IMG/VR virus record: IMGVR_UViG_2806310979_000001
Coordinates: 1 to 64,000 of that record
Source of the DNA: a virus
Taxonomy: Duplodnaviria > Caudoviricetes
DNA length: 64,000 bases
Reading direction: 5' to 3' (one strand)
Shown: positions 27,826-37,726 of the stretch, in pieces
Layout: every line of letters starts with the position of its first letter
Position numbering within the stretch: the stretch's first letter is position 1
Made by a program: the position numbers and the translations under genes
Notes under the pieces: generated by a model
What the model was told of the DNA's origin: nothing
The model's database searches: none
What the model saw: the letters and a program-made list of their open reading frames with translations, nothing else

Positions 27826-28204
27826 AAAAATTGTGGAGCATATTCGCAAAGAATATCCAGTCGGTACGAGAGTAGAACTTGTAAGAATGCATGATAAACA
27901 GGCACCGCCAGTTGGCATGACAGGCACCGTTCTCGGAGTGGATGACACGGCATCCCTTCTGATGCATTGGGATAATGGATCAGGGCTGAATGTGGTTTAT
28001 GGAGAGGATTGTGTAAAAAAGATACCCCTAGTCAGAACCGTTTGCTATGGAAAGACAGAGGAGTGGTATTCGAGGGAGAAAGCAGAAGAATTTTTCTTTC
28101 AGGCAATTTTGGGGAGCGAAGGGAGTGAACAGAGCCGATACATGAAGATATATAATGAGTTAAAAATGGGATTGGACTTTTGTACGGATGGAGAAGACGT
28201 CTAA
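27809..28204 (+). CDS. DUF4314 domain protein
   Basis: YPVGTRVEL...GTVLGVDD...WDNGSGLNVVYGED. Confidence 0.85.
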   Translation: MVFPNRKIVEHIRKEYPVGTRVELVRMHDKQAPPVGMTGTVLGVDDTASLLMHWDNGSGLNVVYGEDCVKKIPLVRTVCYGKTEEWYSREKAEEFFFQAILGSEGSEQSRYMKIYNELKMGLDFCTDGEDV

Positions 28205-28237
28205 AGAAAATTTGTGCAGATTGTGGTACGGATATTG

Positions 28238-28275
28238 CTGGATATAAACAAGAGTCAGAGGTAACATGTGTGTAC
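28238..28275 (+). promoter_or_regulatory. conserved upstream motif, copy 3 (divergent)
   Basis: CTGGAT-N11-TCAGAGGTAACATGTGTGTAC. Confidence 0.6.
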
Positions 28276-28296
28276 AAAAAGAACAGGAGAATTATT

Positions 28297-28476
28297 ATGG
28301 GAGAAACATACAGAGGGTATCAAATTACAATCGCTTGGAATAGTGAAACTACAGGATATGATTTTATTATTACCCCGCCGGACAATGGGAAAATAATTAC
28401 AAGTGAAGATTCATATTTTTATGATTACAATGCTGTGAAAGCAGCAAAAGTAAAAATCGATGAACTTTTCAAGTAA
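28297..28476 (+). CDS. small hypothetical protein (59 aa)
   Basis: AGGAG RBS; own upstream motif and downstream terminator. Confidence 0.65.
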   Translation: MGETYRGYQITIAWNSETTGYDFIITPPDNGKIITSEDSYFYDYNAVKAAKVKIDELFK

Positions 28477-28495
28477 AAACGAAAGGTGCTGAGAT

Positions 28496-28524
28496 AAAAA
28501 AGACTTCTTCGGAGGTCTTTTTTT
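28496..28524 (+). terminator. intrinsic terminator
   Basis: AAGACTTC TTCG GAGGTCTT plus T run. Confidence 0.8.
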
Positions 28525-28552
28525 AGTGATGTTTTGGAAGGAGGTGAGAGCA

Positions 28553-29032
28553 ATGGCACAGAGAGGAAGAAAACCTAAGCCTACGGCAGTAAAAGTATTG
28601 GAAGGCAATCCGGGGAAAAGAAGTCTGAATACAAACGAGCCGAAGCCTGTGAAGAAAGCACCGAGATGTCCTGCGTGGCTGGAAGATGAGGCAAAGAAGG
28701 AATGGAAGCGGATGGCAAAACAGATGGAGCAGTTGGGTATTCTGACAGAAATTGATATGGCTGCTTTTGCAGGTTACTGTCAGGCGTATGCGCGATGGAA
28801 AGAAGCGGAGGAATTTATTACTCAGCATGGAACAATCGTAAAGACACCATCCGGTTATTGGCAGCAGGTTCCACAGGTGTCCATTGCTCAGACCTATCTG
28901 AAAATCATGAATAAATTCTGTGAGCAGTTTGGACTGACACCTTCTGCAAGAAGCAGGATTGTTACGGACAATGGTGATGATAAAGAAAGCGATGCAATGG
29001 AACTTCTGCTGATAAAGGGAGGTGGTGGATAG
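28553..29032 (+). CDS. terS: P27-family terminase small subunit
   Basis: RGRKPKPT, GNPGKR, FGLTPSARSR. Confidence 0.93.
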   Translation: MAQRGRKPKPTAVKVLEGNPGKRSLNTNEPKPVKKAPRCPAWLEDEAKKEWKRMAKQMEQLGILTEIDMAAFAGYCQAYARWKEAEEFITQHGTIVKTPSGYWQQVPQVSIAQTYLKIMNKFCEQFGLTPSARSRIVTDNGDDKESDAMELLLIKGGGG

Positions 29033-30579
29033 TGTATGATCAAACAAAAGCGGATCATGCCGTAAATTTTATTAATTGTTTGAAACACACGAAAGGGCAA
29101 TGGAGAGGTGTCCCGTTTGAGCTGCTTCCGTGGCAGGATAAAATCATCCGTGATATTTTTGGAACGGTAAAAAAAAATGGCTATCGTCAATATAATACTG
29201 CATATGTGGAGATTCCAAAGAAAAATGGAAAATCAGAACTGGCTGCTGCGGTGGCTCTGCTGATGACCTGTGGTGACGGAGAATGGGGTGCGGAAGTCTA
29301 CGGATGTGCTTCTGACCGTCAGCAGGCTTCGATCGTATTTGATGTGGCAGTTGATATGGTGGATCAATGTCCGGCTCTGAAGAAAAGAATTAAGCCAATC
29401 ATGTCTGTAAAGCGGTTAGTATATCAGCCGACAAACAGTTTCTATCAGGTACTTTCTGCTGAAGCATATACCAAGCACGGCTTGAATGTACACGCAGTAA
29501 TTTTTGATGAACTTCATGCGCAGCCGAATCGGGAGTTATTCGATGTCATGACAAAAGGTTCAGGTGATGCAAGAACACAGCCATTGTATTTTTTGATTAC
29601 GACCGCCGGAACGGATCGCAATTCCATTTGTTTTGAACAGCACCAAAAGGCAGAAGACATTCTTATGGGAAGAAAGATTGATCCGACTTTTTATCCCGTG
29701 ATTTATGGTATTGCGGACGATGATGACTGGGGAAGTGAAGAAAGCTGGTATAAGGCAAATCCGTCTTTGGGGCATACGATAGCATTGGAAAAAGTGCAGA
29801 ATGCTTATCAGAGTGCGAAAGAAAATCCGGCAGAAGAAAATATTTTCCGGCAGCTCCGATTGAATCAATGGGTAAAACAATCTACCAGATGGATGCCTAT
29901 GGATCGGTGGGATGAATGTGACTTTGAAGTAGATCAAGATAGTCTGCTTGGAAGAGAATGTTATGCCGGACTTGACCTTTCCAGTACTTCGGACATTACA
30001 GCGTTTGTTTTAGTGTTTCCGCCGAGAACGGAGGAAGAAAAATATAGCATACTGCCATTTTTTTGGATACCGGAAGAAAATTTACAACTTCGTGTGAGGA
30101 GAGATCACGTTCCTTATGACGTGTGGGAAAAGCAGGGACATCTTCAGATGACGGAAGGAAATGTGATTCATTATGGTTTCATTGAAAAATTCATCGAGGA
30201 TTTGGGAATGAAATATCATATTTTGGAAATCGCATTTGACCGTTGGGGAGCAGTTCAGATGGTACAAAATCTTGAGGGTATGGGGTTTACTGTCGTACCT
30301 TTCGGGCAGGGATATAAAGATATGAGTCCGCCAACGAAAGAATTAATGAAGCTGACATTGGAGAAAAAACTGGCACATGGCGGTCATCCGGTTCTCAGAT
30401 GGATGATGGATAATGTTTTTGTCCGTCAAGATCCAGCAGGAAATATTAAGATGGATAAGGAAAAATCTACAGAAAAAATAGATGGGGCAGTCGCAACAGT
30501 TATGGCACTTGATCGTGCAATCCGTAATGAAGGCACAACAGGAAGTGTATATGATGAGCGTGGCATTATTTCATTTTGA
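29032..30579 (+). CDS. terL: terminase large subunit
   Basis: PKKNGKS, FDELH, ITTAG, GLDLS, KIDGAVA. Confidence 0.95.
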   Translation: MYDQTKADHAVNFINCLKHTKGQWRGVPFELLPWQDKIIRDIFGTVKKNGYRQYNTAYVEIPKKNGKSELAAAVALLMTCGDGEWGAEVYGCASDRQQASIVFDVAVDMVDQCPALKKRIKPIMSVKRLVYQPTNSFYQVLSAEAYTKHGLNVHAVIFDELHAQPNRELFDVMTKGSGDARTQPLYFLITTAGTDRNSICFEQHQKAEDILMGRKIDPTFYPVIYGIADDDDWGSEESWYKANPSLGHTIALEKVQNAYQSAKENPAEENIFRQLRLNQWVKQSTRWMPMDRWDECDFEVDQDSLLGRECYAGLDLSSTSDITAFVLVFPPRTEEEKYSILPFFWIPEENLQLRVRRDHVPYDVWEKQGHLQMTEGNVIHYGFIEKFIEDLGMKYHILEIAFDRWGAVQMVQNLEGMGFTVVPFGQGYKDMSPPTKELMKLTLEKKLAHGGHPVLRWMMDNVFVRQDPAGNIKMDKEKSTEKIDGAVATVMALDRAIRNEGTTGSVYDERGIISF

Positions 30580-30597
30580 TAAAACAGGAGGCAGAGT

Positions 30598-31857
30598 ATG
30601 GGATTACGGGAATTATTTGGTTTAAGGGGAGCAAGGGACAAACCGACAAATAGTTATAATTCAGGAGTATCTTTTTTATTTGGAAGAAGCACAAGCGGTA
30701 TTTCCGTAAATGAAAGAACCGCCATGCAGACAACAGCAGTATATTCCTGTGTCAGAATTCTTGCAGAAGCAATAGCTTCTCTTCCCCTTCACTTGTATCG
30801 TTATACGGATAAAGGAAAAGAAAGAGTATTTGACCATCCGCTTTATCATATTCTTCACGATGAACCAAATGAAGAAATGACATCTTTCGTATTCCGGGAA
30901 GTCTTGATGAGCCATTTACTGATATGGGGAAATGCCTATGCGCAGATCATCCGTGATGGAAGAGGGCAGGTATTAGGATTGTATCCGCTTCTGCCGGATA
31001 AAATGGAAGTTGACCGTGCGGAAAATGGAGAACTTTATTATATTTACACACGGAACACAGAAGAGAATCCCAATTTTAAGGATTATGGACGGATCTATCT
31101 TCGCAGGGAAGATGTGCTGCATATACCGGGATTAGGATTTGATGGTTTAGTGGGATATTCTCCGATTGCTATGGCTAAAAATGCAGTAGGGATGACACTT
31201 GCCTGTGAAGAATACGGTGCATCGTTTTTTGCAAATGGAGCAACACCGGGTGGTGTTTTGGAACATCCGGGCGTTCTGAAAGATCCCGCAAAGGTAAGGG
31301 ATAGCTGGCATAAGGTGTATGGGGGTTCAAGAAATGCAGGAAAAGTGGCTGTTCTGGAAGAAGGAATGAAATATCAGCAGATAGGGATTCCGCCGGAAGA
31401 GGCACAGTTTTTGGAGACAAGGAAATTTCAAATCAATGAGATTGCAAGGATGTATCGGATTCCTCCACATATGGTAGGGGACTTGGAGAAATCCAGTTTT
31501 TCTAACATAGAGCAGCAGTCTTTGGAGTTTGTGAAATACACATTAGATCCGTGGGTAGTCAGGTGGGAACAGGCTTTGCAGAAAGCATTGTTATTGCCAC
31601 AGGAAAAGAATGAGTATTTTATAAAACTAAATGTGGATGGATTATTGCGGGGGGACTATGCCAGCCGAATGAATGGGTACGCCGTAGGCCGGCAGAATGG
31701 ATGGCTGTCAGCAAATGATATCCGAGAAATGGAAGATCAGAATCCAATTCCAGAAGAAGACGGAGGAGATTTATATCTTGTGAATGGAAGCATGACAAAG
31801 CTGGCAGATGCAGGAGCCTTTGCAGGAAAGGCAGGAGGTAATATGCCACAGGTTTAA
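30598..31857 (+). CDS. HK97-family portal protein
   Basis: AVYSCVRILAE, WGNAY, VGYSPI, SNIEQQ. Confidence 0.95.
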   Translation: MGLRELFGLRGARDKPTNSYNSGVSFLFGRSTSGISVNERTAMQTTAVYSCVRILAEAIASLPLHLYRYTDKGKERVFDHPLYHILHDEPNEEMTSFVFREVLMSHLLIWGNAYAQIIRDGRGQVLGLYPLLPDKMEVDRAENGELYYIYTRNTEENPNFKDYGRIYLRREDVLHIPGLGFDGLVGYSPIAMAKNAVGMTLACEEYGASFFANGATPGGVLEHPGVLKDPAKVRDSWHKVYGGSRNAGKVAVLEEGMKYQQIGIPPEEAQFLETRKFQINEIARMYRIPPHMVGDLEKSSFSNIEQQSLEFVKYTLDPWVVRWEQALQKALLLPQEKNEYFIKLNVDGLLRGDYASRMNGYAVGRQNGWLSANDIREMEDQNPIPEEDGGDLYLVNGSMTKLADAGAFAGKAGGNMPQV

Positions 31858-32154
31858 AAAATTTATGCTCAACTGGAGTTGAGCAACACTATGTTGCGTA
31901 GTGGAACAATATGCTACTGTTTGGTGACAAGAGTAAAAAGCAGAAGATCCCATGAAAGTGGAGAATTGAAGCAGAACAAGCGGAATATAACAAAAAATAG
32001 AAGGCTTTTTCTTTTGAAAGTGGAGGATAAATCCAAAATTAGATGAAAATATCAAAAATAATAAAGTGTGTTTTAAGGACGATAATCAGAAACAGAGTAT
32101 CTGGTTGTGGTCCTTTTTGTGTGCTTAAAACACAGTCGTAAAAGGAGGGACAGG

Positions 32155-32862
32155 ATGAAACGGAAGTTTTGGAACTGGGTAAGAAATGAAAATGATGAGA
32201 GCAGAACCCTGTTTCTAAACGGAGAGATTTCCGATGAAACATGGTACGGAGATGAAGTGACTCCCAAAATGTTCAAAGAAGAATTACAAGATGGAGAAGG
32301 AGATATCACGGTATGGATCAATAGTCCGGGAGGAGATGTATTCGCAGCAGCACAGATTTATAACATGTTGATGGACTACAAAGGGAATGTGACTGTGAAA
32401 ATTGATGGGCTGGCTGCTTCAGCAGCATCCGTGATTGCAATGGCGGGAACGGAAGTACAGATGTCTCCTGTGGCGATGATGATGATTCATAATCCTGCGA
32501 CCATTGCTATCGGTGATTCTTCAGAAATGAAAAAGGCAATCGACATGTTGGATGAAGTAAAGGAATCCATTATGAATGCTTATGAAATTAAAACGGGACT
32601 ATCAAGATCGAGGATTTCACATTTGATGGATGCGGAAAGCTGGTTCAATGCAAAGAAAGCTGTAGAACTTGGCTTTGCAGATAAGCTCCTTTTTTCTAAA
32701 GAGGAACCAGAAGGGGAAGAAGAAAAAGAGTTGGAAATGGAAGCAGTGATGTTTTCACGAAAAGCGGTGACGAATTCGCTGATGTCAAAACTGATTCCCA
32801 AACCAGAAAAAAAGACACCCATTGAACAGTTAGAAAAGAGACTTAGTCTCTTGGCACATTAA
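32155..32862 (+). CDS. ClpP-like head maturation protease
   Basis: INSPGGDV, AASAASVI, MMIHNP. Confidence 0.93.
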   Translation: MKRKFWNWVRNENDESRTLFLNGEISDETWYGDEVTPKMFKEELQDGEGDITVWINSPGGDVFAAAQIYNMLMDYKGNVTVKIDGLAASAASVIAMAGTEVQMSPVAMMMIHNPATIAIGDSSEMKKAIDMLDEVKESIMNAYEIKTGLSRSRISHLMDAESWFNAKKAVELGFADKLLFSKEEPEGEEEKELEMEAVMFSRKAVTNSLMSKLIPKPEKKTPIEQLEKRLSLLAH

Positions 32863-32880
32863 AAGAGGAGGATTTTTAAT

Positions 32881-34083
32881 ATGAATCAGATTTTAGCATT
32901 AAGAGAGAAAAGAGCAAAAGCGTGGGAGGCAGCAAAGGCATTTTTAGAATCTAAACGAGGAACGGACGGGTTGCTTTCAGCAGAAGATACGGCCACTTAT
33001 GACCGTATGGAAGCGGATGTGGTTAATCTTGGAAAAGAGATCGAGCGTTTAGAAAGACAGGCAGCTATTGATGCAGAACTGAATAAGCCTACTAGTCATC
33101 CAATCACAAATCAGCCGGGGAAAGGCAATGGGGGAGAAGAAAAAACAGGAAGAGCCTCAGCGGTTTATAAAACTGCATTTTGGAATGCGATGAGAAAGAA
33201 AAATTATCTTGATATTCAGAATGCTCTTCAGGTTGGAACAGATTCAGAAGGAGGTTATTTGGTTCCCGATGAATATGAAAGAACTCTGGTGGAAGCGTTG
33301 GAAGAAGAAAACTTTTTCCGAAGTCTGGCAACCGTGATTCAGACCTCCAGCGGAGATCGTAAAATTCCTATCGTGGCATCCAAAGGAGAAGCAAAGTGGA
33401 TTGATGAAGAAGCGGCATATCCAGAATCTGATGACAGCTTTGGACAGATTTCCATTAGTGCATATAAGGTTGCGACCATGATTAAAGTTTCGGATGAGTT
33501 GTTAAACGATAACGTGTTTAATTTGGAAGCCTATATTTCTAAAGAATTTGGACGAAGAATCGGAACGAAGGAAGAAGAAGCATTTTTTACCGGAGATGGC
33601 AAGGGAAAACCGACAGGAATCTTTAATGCTACAGGCGGAGCTTCTGATGGAGTCACGACCGCAGGCGCAAGCATTACGTTTGACGATGTTATGGATTTAT
33701 TTTATTCTCTGCGTTCCCCATATCGTAAAAAAGCGGTATGGATGCTCAATGACAGCACCGTAAAAGCGTTGCGTAAATTAAAAGATGGGAACGGGAATTA
33801 TATTTGGCAGCCGTCCGTGCAGGCGGGAGTGCCGGACATGATTTTGAACCGACCATATTTTACGTCTTCATTTGTACCGGAAATTGCAGCCGGACAGAAG
33901 ATCATGGCATTTGGAGATTTTTCCTATTACTGGATTGCGGACAGGCAGGGACGTTCTTTTAAACGCCTGAATGAGTTATTTGCGGCAACCGGACAGGTTG
34001 GTTTCCTTGCGAGCCAGAGGGTAGATGGGAAATTAATTCTTCCAGAAGCAGTAAAAACGATGAAACTGAAAGAAACGAGATAA
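32881..34083 (+). CDS. HK97-family major capsid protein
   Basis: GGYLVPDE, LKDGNGNYIWQP, FGDFS. Confidence 0.95.
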   Translation: MNQILALREKRAKAWEAAKAFLESKRGTDGLLSAEDTATYDRMEADVVNLGKEIERLERQAAIDAELNKPTSHPITNQPGKGNGGEEKTGRASAVYKTAFWNAMRKKNYLDIQNALQVGTDSEGGYLVPDEYERTLVEALEEENFFRSLATVIQTSSGDRKIPIVASKGEAKWIDEEAAYPESDDSFGQISISAYKVATMIKVSDELLNDNVFNLEAYISKEFGRRIGTKEEEAFFTGDGKGKPTGIFNATGGASDGVTTAGASITFDDVMDLFYSLRSPYRKKAVWMLNDSTVKALRKLKDGNGNYIWQPSVQAGVPDMILNRPYFTSSFVPEIAAGQKIMAFGDFSYYWIADRQGRSFKRLNELFAATGQVGFLASQRVDGKLILPEAVKTMKLKETR

Positions 34084-34100
34084 GAAAGAGGGGTGTCTAC

Positions 34101-34370
34101 ATGCTGATTACACTAGAAGAAGCGAAAGAATATTTGAAGGTGGAATATGAGGATGAAGACACCCTGATTCAAACGCTGATCGATTCTTCCGAAATACTGT
34201 GTAGAGATATTATACGGCGTGATATTCTGCCAGAGAATGCTGCCGTAAAAACTGCTGTACTATATGCGGTGGGTGTGATGTTTGAAAACCGTGGCACGAA
34301 TGAAGAAACGGAAAAAATGATTCCTACATTGAAAAATATTCTTTCTTCCAATCGTGAGGAGGTGTTCTGA
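34101..34370 (+). CDS. head-tail connector (gp6-like)
   Basis: ITLEEAKEYLKV...EDTLI...FENR. Confidence 0.88.
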   Translation: MLITLEEAKEYLKVEYEDEDTLIQTLIDSSEILCRDIIRRDILPENAAVKTAVLYAVGVMFENRGTNEETEKMIPTLKNILSSNREEVF

Positions 34371-34732
34371 TGGATATTGGTTCAATGCGACAACGGATTA
34401 TTCTTCAAAAGCATATATTACACACAGACGAAATCGGAAACCACCAGTCTCATTGGGAGAAATTTTATTCATGTTTTGCTTATGTAAATCTTGCGTCTGG
34501 AAAAGAAAATGTTACGGATATAGAAACGCTATCGGAAGATACATTGGTGTTTATATTACGCTGGTGTGAAAAATTGAGAGAAATCAATAAAAAACAATAT
34601 CGGATTTTGTTTGATAATGAGGTTTATAACATCATTTGTGTGGATGATGTGCAGTTTACGCATAAAAAATTAAAACTGACAGCAGTTCGGGAGATACGAG
34701 GTGGAAAGAATGAGCAGACGGGTGACATCTAA
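34370..34732 (+). CDS. head closure/head-tail adaptor
   Basis: MRQRIILQ, DEIGN, YNI; synteny. Confidence 0.85.
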   Translation: MDIGSMRQRIILQKHILHTDEIGNHQSHWEKFYSCFAYVNLASGKENVTDIETLSEDTLVFILRWCEKLREINKKQYRILFDNEVYNIICVDDVQFTHKKLKLTAVREIRGGKNEQTGDI

Positions 34733-35087
34733 TCAAATGGCATCAGAGATCATGAATGCTTTGAAAGAGTATAAAGAAGTGACAGATGATGTTGTAAAGC
34801 AGGCGGTCAATACAGTTTCTGAAGAAACAAAGAAAATGGTACAATCTGCTTCTCCCACAGATAGTGGTGGGTACAAGAAAGGGTGGACTGCGAAAAAGAT
34901 GAAAGATTCTGCAAGTAAAACAGAGGTTGTCGTTTATAATCGCAGCAAACCCGGACTAACTCATTTATTGGAGAAAGGCCATGCAAAGCGAGGAGGGGGC
35001 AGGGTAGAAGCAAAAGTGCATATTGCACCAGCGGAATCCTATGCCATATCACAGCTTGAAGATAAGATCGTGAAGGGATTGAAATGA
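34710..35087 (+). CDS. HK97 gp10-family tail completion protein
   Basis: LTHLLEKGHAKRGGGRV. Confidence 0.88.
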   Translation: MSRRVTSNQMASEIMNALKEYKEVTDDVVKQAVNTVSEETKKMVQSASPTDSGGYKKGWTAKKMKDSASKTEVVVYNRSKPGLTHLLEKGHAKRGGGRVEAKVHIAPAESYAISQLEDKIVKGLK

Positions 35088-35404
35088 TGGAATTAAAAAA
35101 TATTATGAAGTTATTAGGTGGTCTTGGAATTCCTATTGCATATCATCACTTTGCAGAAGGAGAATCTCCAGAACCGCCATTTTTAATTTATTTGACTCCG
35201 GGTAGTCATAATTTCTCCGCAGATGGAATGGTGTATTTTAAAGTAAAGCAATTAGATGTGGAACTATACACAGATAAAAAAGATCTTGCACTTGAAGAAA
35301 AATTGGAGAAGATTTTGGATGCACAGGGGATTTTCTATAACAAAACAGAAACATATATCAAATCAGAAAAATTGTATGAAGTGTTGTACGAATTGGAGGT
35401 ATAG
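35084..35404 (+). CDS. tail terminator-like protein
   Basis: AYHHF, PPFLIY, ELYTDKKD; synteny. Confidence 0.75.
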   Translation: MMELKNIMKLLGGLGIPIAYHHFAEGESPEPPFLIYLTPGSHNFSADGMVYFKVKQLDVELYTDKKDLALEEKLEKILDAQGIFYNKTETYIKSEKLYEVLYELEV

Positions 35405-35406
35405 CA

Positions 35407-35994
35407 ATGGGAAATAAAGTAAAGTTTAATTTGAAAAATGTTCATGCGGCAAAGCTGACAGAAAAGGAAGAAGGGGGAAGTACAAAATTTGAATATGGTG
35501 TACCAAAGGCTATTCCGGGAGCTGTCAGTATCAGCCTGGACGCAGAAGGAGAATCCAGTCCGTTTTATGCAGATGGAATCGTATATTTCCGTTCTGTGAC
35601 AAACAATGGTTATAGCGGAGATTTAGAAATGGCGCTGATTCCAGAATGGTTTAGAACAGAAATTTTACAAGAAAAGCTGGATGCAAAGGGAGTGTTGGTA
35701 GAGAATAGTTCCGTTGCAGAAAGTGTAAAATTTGCCCTGTTATTTGAATTTGATGGGGATATTAATGCAATCAGGCACGTCCTTTATAATTGTAGTGCTT
35801 CACGACCATCCATTGAATCTGAAACAAAAGAAGATACAATTGAACCGGGAACGGAGACCTTGTCTATTACGGCAGATCCACGGTCTGACGGATTGGTAAA
35901 AGCACGAACAGGCGATACTACGGATGAGACCACCTATAAAGAATGGTATAAAACGGTGTACACACCAACGGAAGAAGGAGGCGGAATGGCATGA
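35407..35994 (+). CDS. major tail (tube) protein
   Basis: VKFNLKNVH, IPGAVS, FYADG, NNGYSG. Confidence 0.9.
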   Translation: MGNKVKFNLKNVHAAKLTEKEEGGSTKFEYGVPKAIPGAVSISLDAEGESSPFYADGIVYFRSVTNNGYSGDLEMALIPEWFRTEILQEKLDAKGVLVENSSVAESVKFALLFEFDGDINAIRHVLYNCSASRPSIESETKEDTIEPGTETLSITADPRSDGLVKARTGDTTDETTYKEWYKTVYTPTEEGGGMA

Positions 35995-36365
35995 TTAAAA
36001 GAGAAATAGAAATCTGTGGAAAAAAGATTCCTTTTCGTTCTTCAGCAACAATTCCCCGATTATACAGGGCAAAATTCAAAAGAGATATTTTTAAAGATTT
36101 GAGTAAATTAGAAAAATCGTATGTTGGAACACAAAAAGATGGCGCAGAATTTCAGATTGATGATCTGGAAATTTTTGAAAATGTGGCGTATATCATGGCA
36201 TATCATGCGGATAACAGTATACCTTCTACAATAGAAGAATGGCTCGATCAGTTTGATATGTTTTCTATTTATGAAGTGCTGCCACAAATTTTGGAATTAT
36301 GGGGAGACAATGTGGCTACGGATATCAAAGCAAAAAAAGGCTTGGCAGAAGTGAGCGGGAGATGA
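35991..36365 (+). CDS. tail assembly chaperone (gpG-like)
   Basis: position after tail tube; slippery site near 3' end. Confidence 0.85.
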   Translation: MIKREIEICGKKIPFRSSATIPRLYRAKFKRDIFKDLSKLEKSYVGTQKDGAEFQIDDLEIFENVAYIMAYHADNSIPSTIEEWLDQFDMFSIYEVLPQILELWGDNVATDIKAKKGLAEVSGR

Positions 36366-36526
36366 CAACGCCCCTGTTCCTTCTGCGATGTACGGAAATA
36401 GGAATTTCAATTGTAGATTTGGATTTTTTGACGATTGGTCTTGTGATTGATATGTGGACAGAAAGAGCCAATGATAGTGTAAAATATAAGCGTTTGGCCA
36501 GTCAGGAAGATTTTGACAAGTTCTAG
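36332..36526 (+). CDS. -1 frameshift extension of tail chaperone (gpGT-like)
   Basis: A AAA AAA heptamer 36332-36338; -1 frame open to 36526 ending ASQEDFDKF. Confidence 0.8.
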   Translation, partial: KKRLGRSEREMTTPLFLLRCTEIGISIVDLDFLTIGLVIDMWTERANDSVKYKRLASQEDFDKF

Positions 36527-36528
36527 TA

Positions 36529-36578
36529 TTTTATTTATAGAACATCAGCTGATAGAAACTGATGTTCTGTAAATAAAA
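36529..36578. terminator. 20-bp inverted repeat at moron left edge
   Basis: TTTTATTTATAGAACATCAG / CTGATGTTCTGTAAATAAAA. Confidence 0.65.
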
Positions 36579-36591
36579 TTGAAAAAAGTAC

Positions 36592-36622
36592 TTGACCGTA
36601 CCCGGGGACGTTCTGATAATCT
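36592..36622 (+). promoter_or_regulatory. MerR-type promoter with dyad in spacer
   Basis: TTGACC, 19 bp, TAATCT (or 17 bp to GATAAT); dyad CGTaCCCGGGgACG 36597-36610. Confidence 0.7.
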
Positions 36623-36644
36623 ATGTATAAGAGGAGGCGGAACA

Positions 36645-37466
36645 ATGAGTTATAATACACATTGGATTGAAAAATACATAGGTATCACTAGAAAAACACT
36701 ATTAACATATGAGAAAAAGGGCTTTGTAAAGCCGGAAAGAAATTCCGTGACAGATTTTCGTGAATATAGTGATGAAGATTTAATGCGCATTTGGCAGATA
36801 AAATTACTGGTAGAATTAAAATATTCTTTTAAAGAAATTACTGAATTGATACTGGATGAAGATACTCCTATCCGAGATTCGATCGACAAAAAAATAAAGA
36901 AATTAGAAAAGGAAAAAGAAAAGATAGAGCAACTAATTGGGGTAGCACGGATGATAAAGGTTACAGGAAGGATGCCCACTATAAAAATGGATAGATTAGG
37001 AGAAACGGTATTCGAAGATTTTCTGCAGTTTGTTAAGGCAAATTGGAATGTTAATGTAGATCCTAAAGTATCTGAGTACGCTGCCTTAATAGAAAGGTTA
37101 TCAGAGAAGCCACAAAGTGAGTGGACTGAGGATGAAATGCTACAGTTTATGCAACATATGGATGAAACTCAGATAGAGATGTCATTAAGCATTCATAAGT
37201 ACTGTACGGCTATACTTGAGAGTGAATCATTAGGAATAACTGATTTATTTATACAGGATTTGGTGGAACAGTTATATGAATGTTTTGGGGAATTTTACGC
37301 TGAACAAGGAGTTAAACTTTCACCTATCAAATTTTGGGATTTGTTTGGAAATGCTTTAATTGATGGAAGTTCTGCACTAATGTTTGAACAACAATATGGA
37401 AAGAAGGGATGCCAGTTTATATTCGAAGCTATAGAATATTTTGCGAAAAATAGTGAAAAGAATTGA
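36645..37466 (+). CDS. MerR-family regulator with TipAS-like C-terminal domain (moron)
   Basis: GITRKTLLTYEKKG, REYSDEDL, coiled coil, YGKKGCQFIFEAI. Confidence 0.85.
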   Translation: MSYNTHWIEKYIGITRKTLLTYEKKGFVKPERNSVTDFREYSDEDLMRIWQIKLLVELKYSFKEITELILDEDTPIRDSIDKKIKKLEKEKEKIEQLIGVARMIKVTGRMPTIKMDRLGETVFEDFLQFVKANWNVNVDPKVSEYAALIERLSEKPQSEWTEDEMLQFMQHMDETQIEMSLSIHKYCTAILESESLGITDLFIQDLVEQLYECFGEFYAEQGVKLSPIKFWDLFGNALIDGSSALMFEQQYGKKGCQFIFEAIEYFAKNSEKN

Positions 37467-37493
37467 TTACGTCTTGGAAAGGAGCGGTTGGAT

Positions 37494-37706
37494 ATGGCGA
37501 GATATGAATGTCCAGAATGTGAAACAGAAATGAATCTTTTGTGGGAGGAAAACAAGGTTATTTGTCCTAACTGTGGATGCTGGGAAGAAATTAGTGACGA
37601 AGAAATGGAAGACTTTGATGGAGAAAGCAGCATGTCATATTGCAATGTATGTGAACACAGTGATGAATATCCTGAATGTAAGGATCGTTGTCCATATGAT
37701 GATTAA
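37494..37706 (+). CDS. small acidic Cys-rich Zn-ribbon protein (moron)
   Basis: CPEC, CPNC, CNVC, CKDRC. Confidence 0.7.
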   Translation: MARYECPECETEMNLLWEENKVICPNCGCWEEISDEEMEDFDGESSMSYCNVCEHSDEYPECKDRCPYDD

Positions 37707-37726
37707 AATGAGAAGGAGACGTTAAA

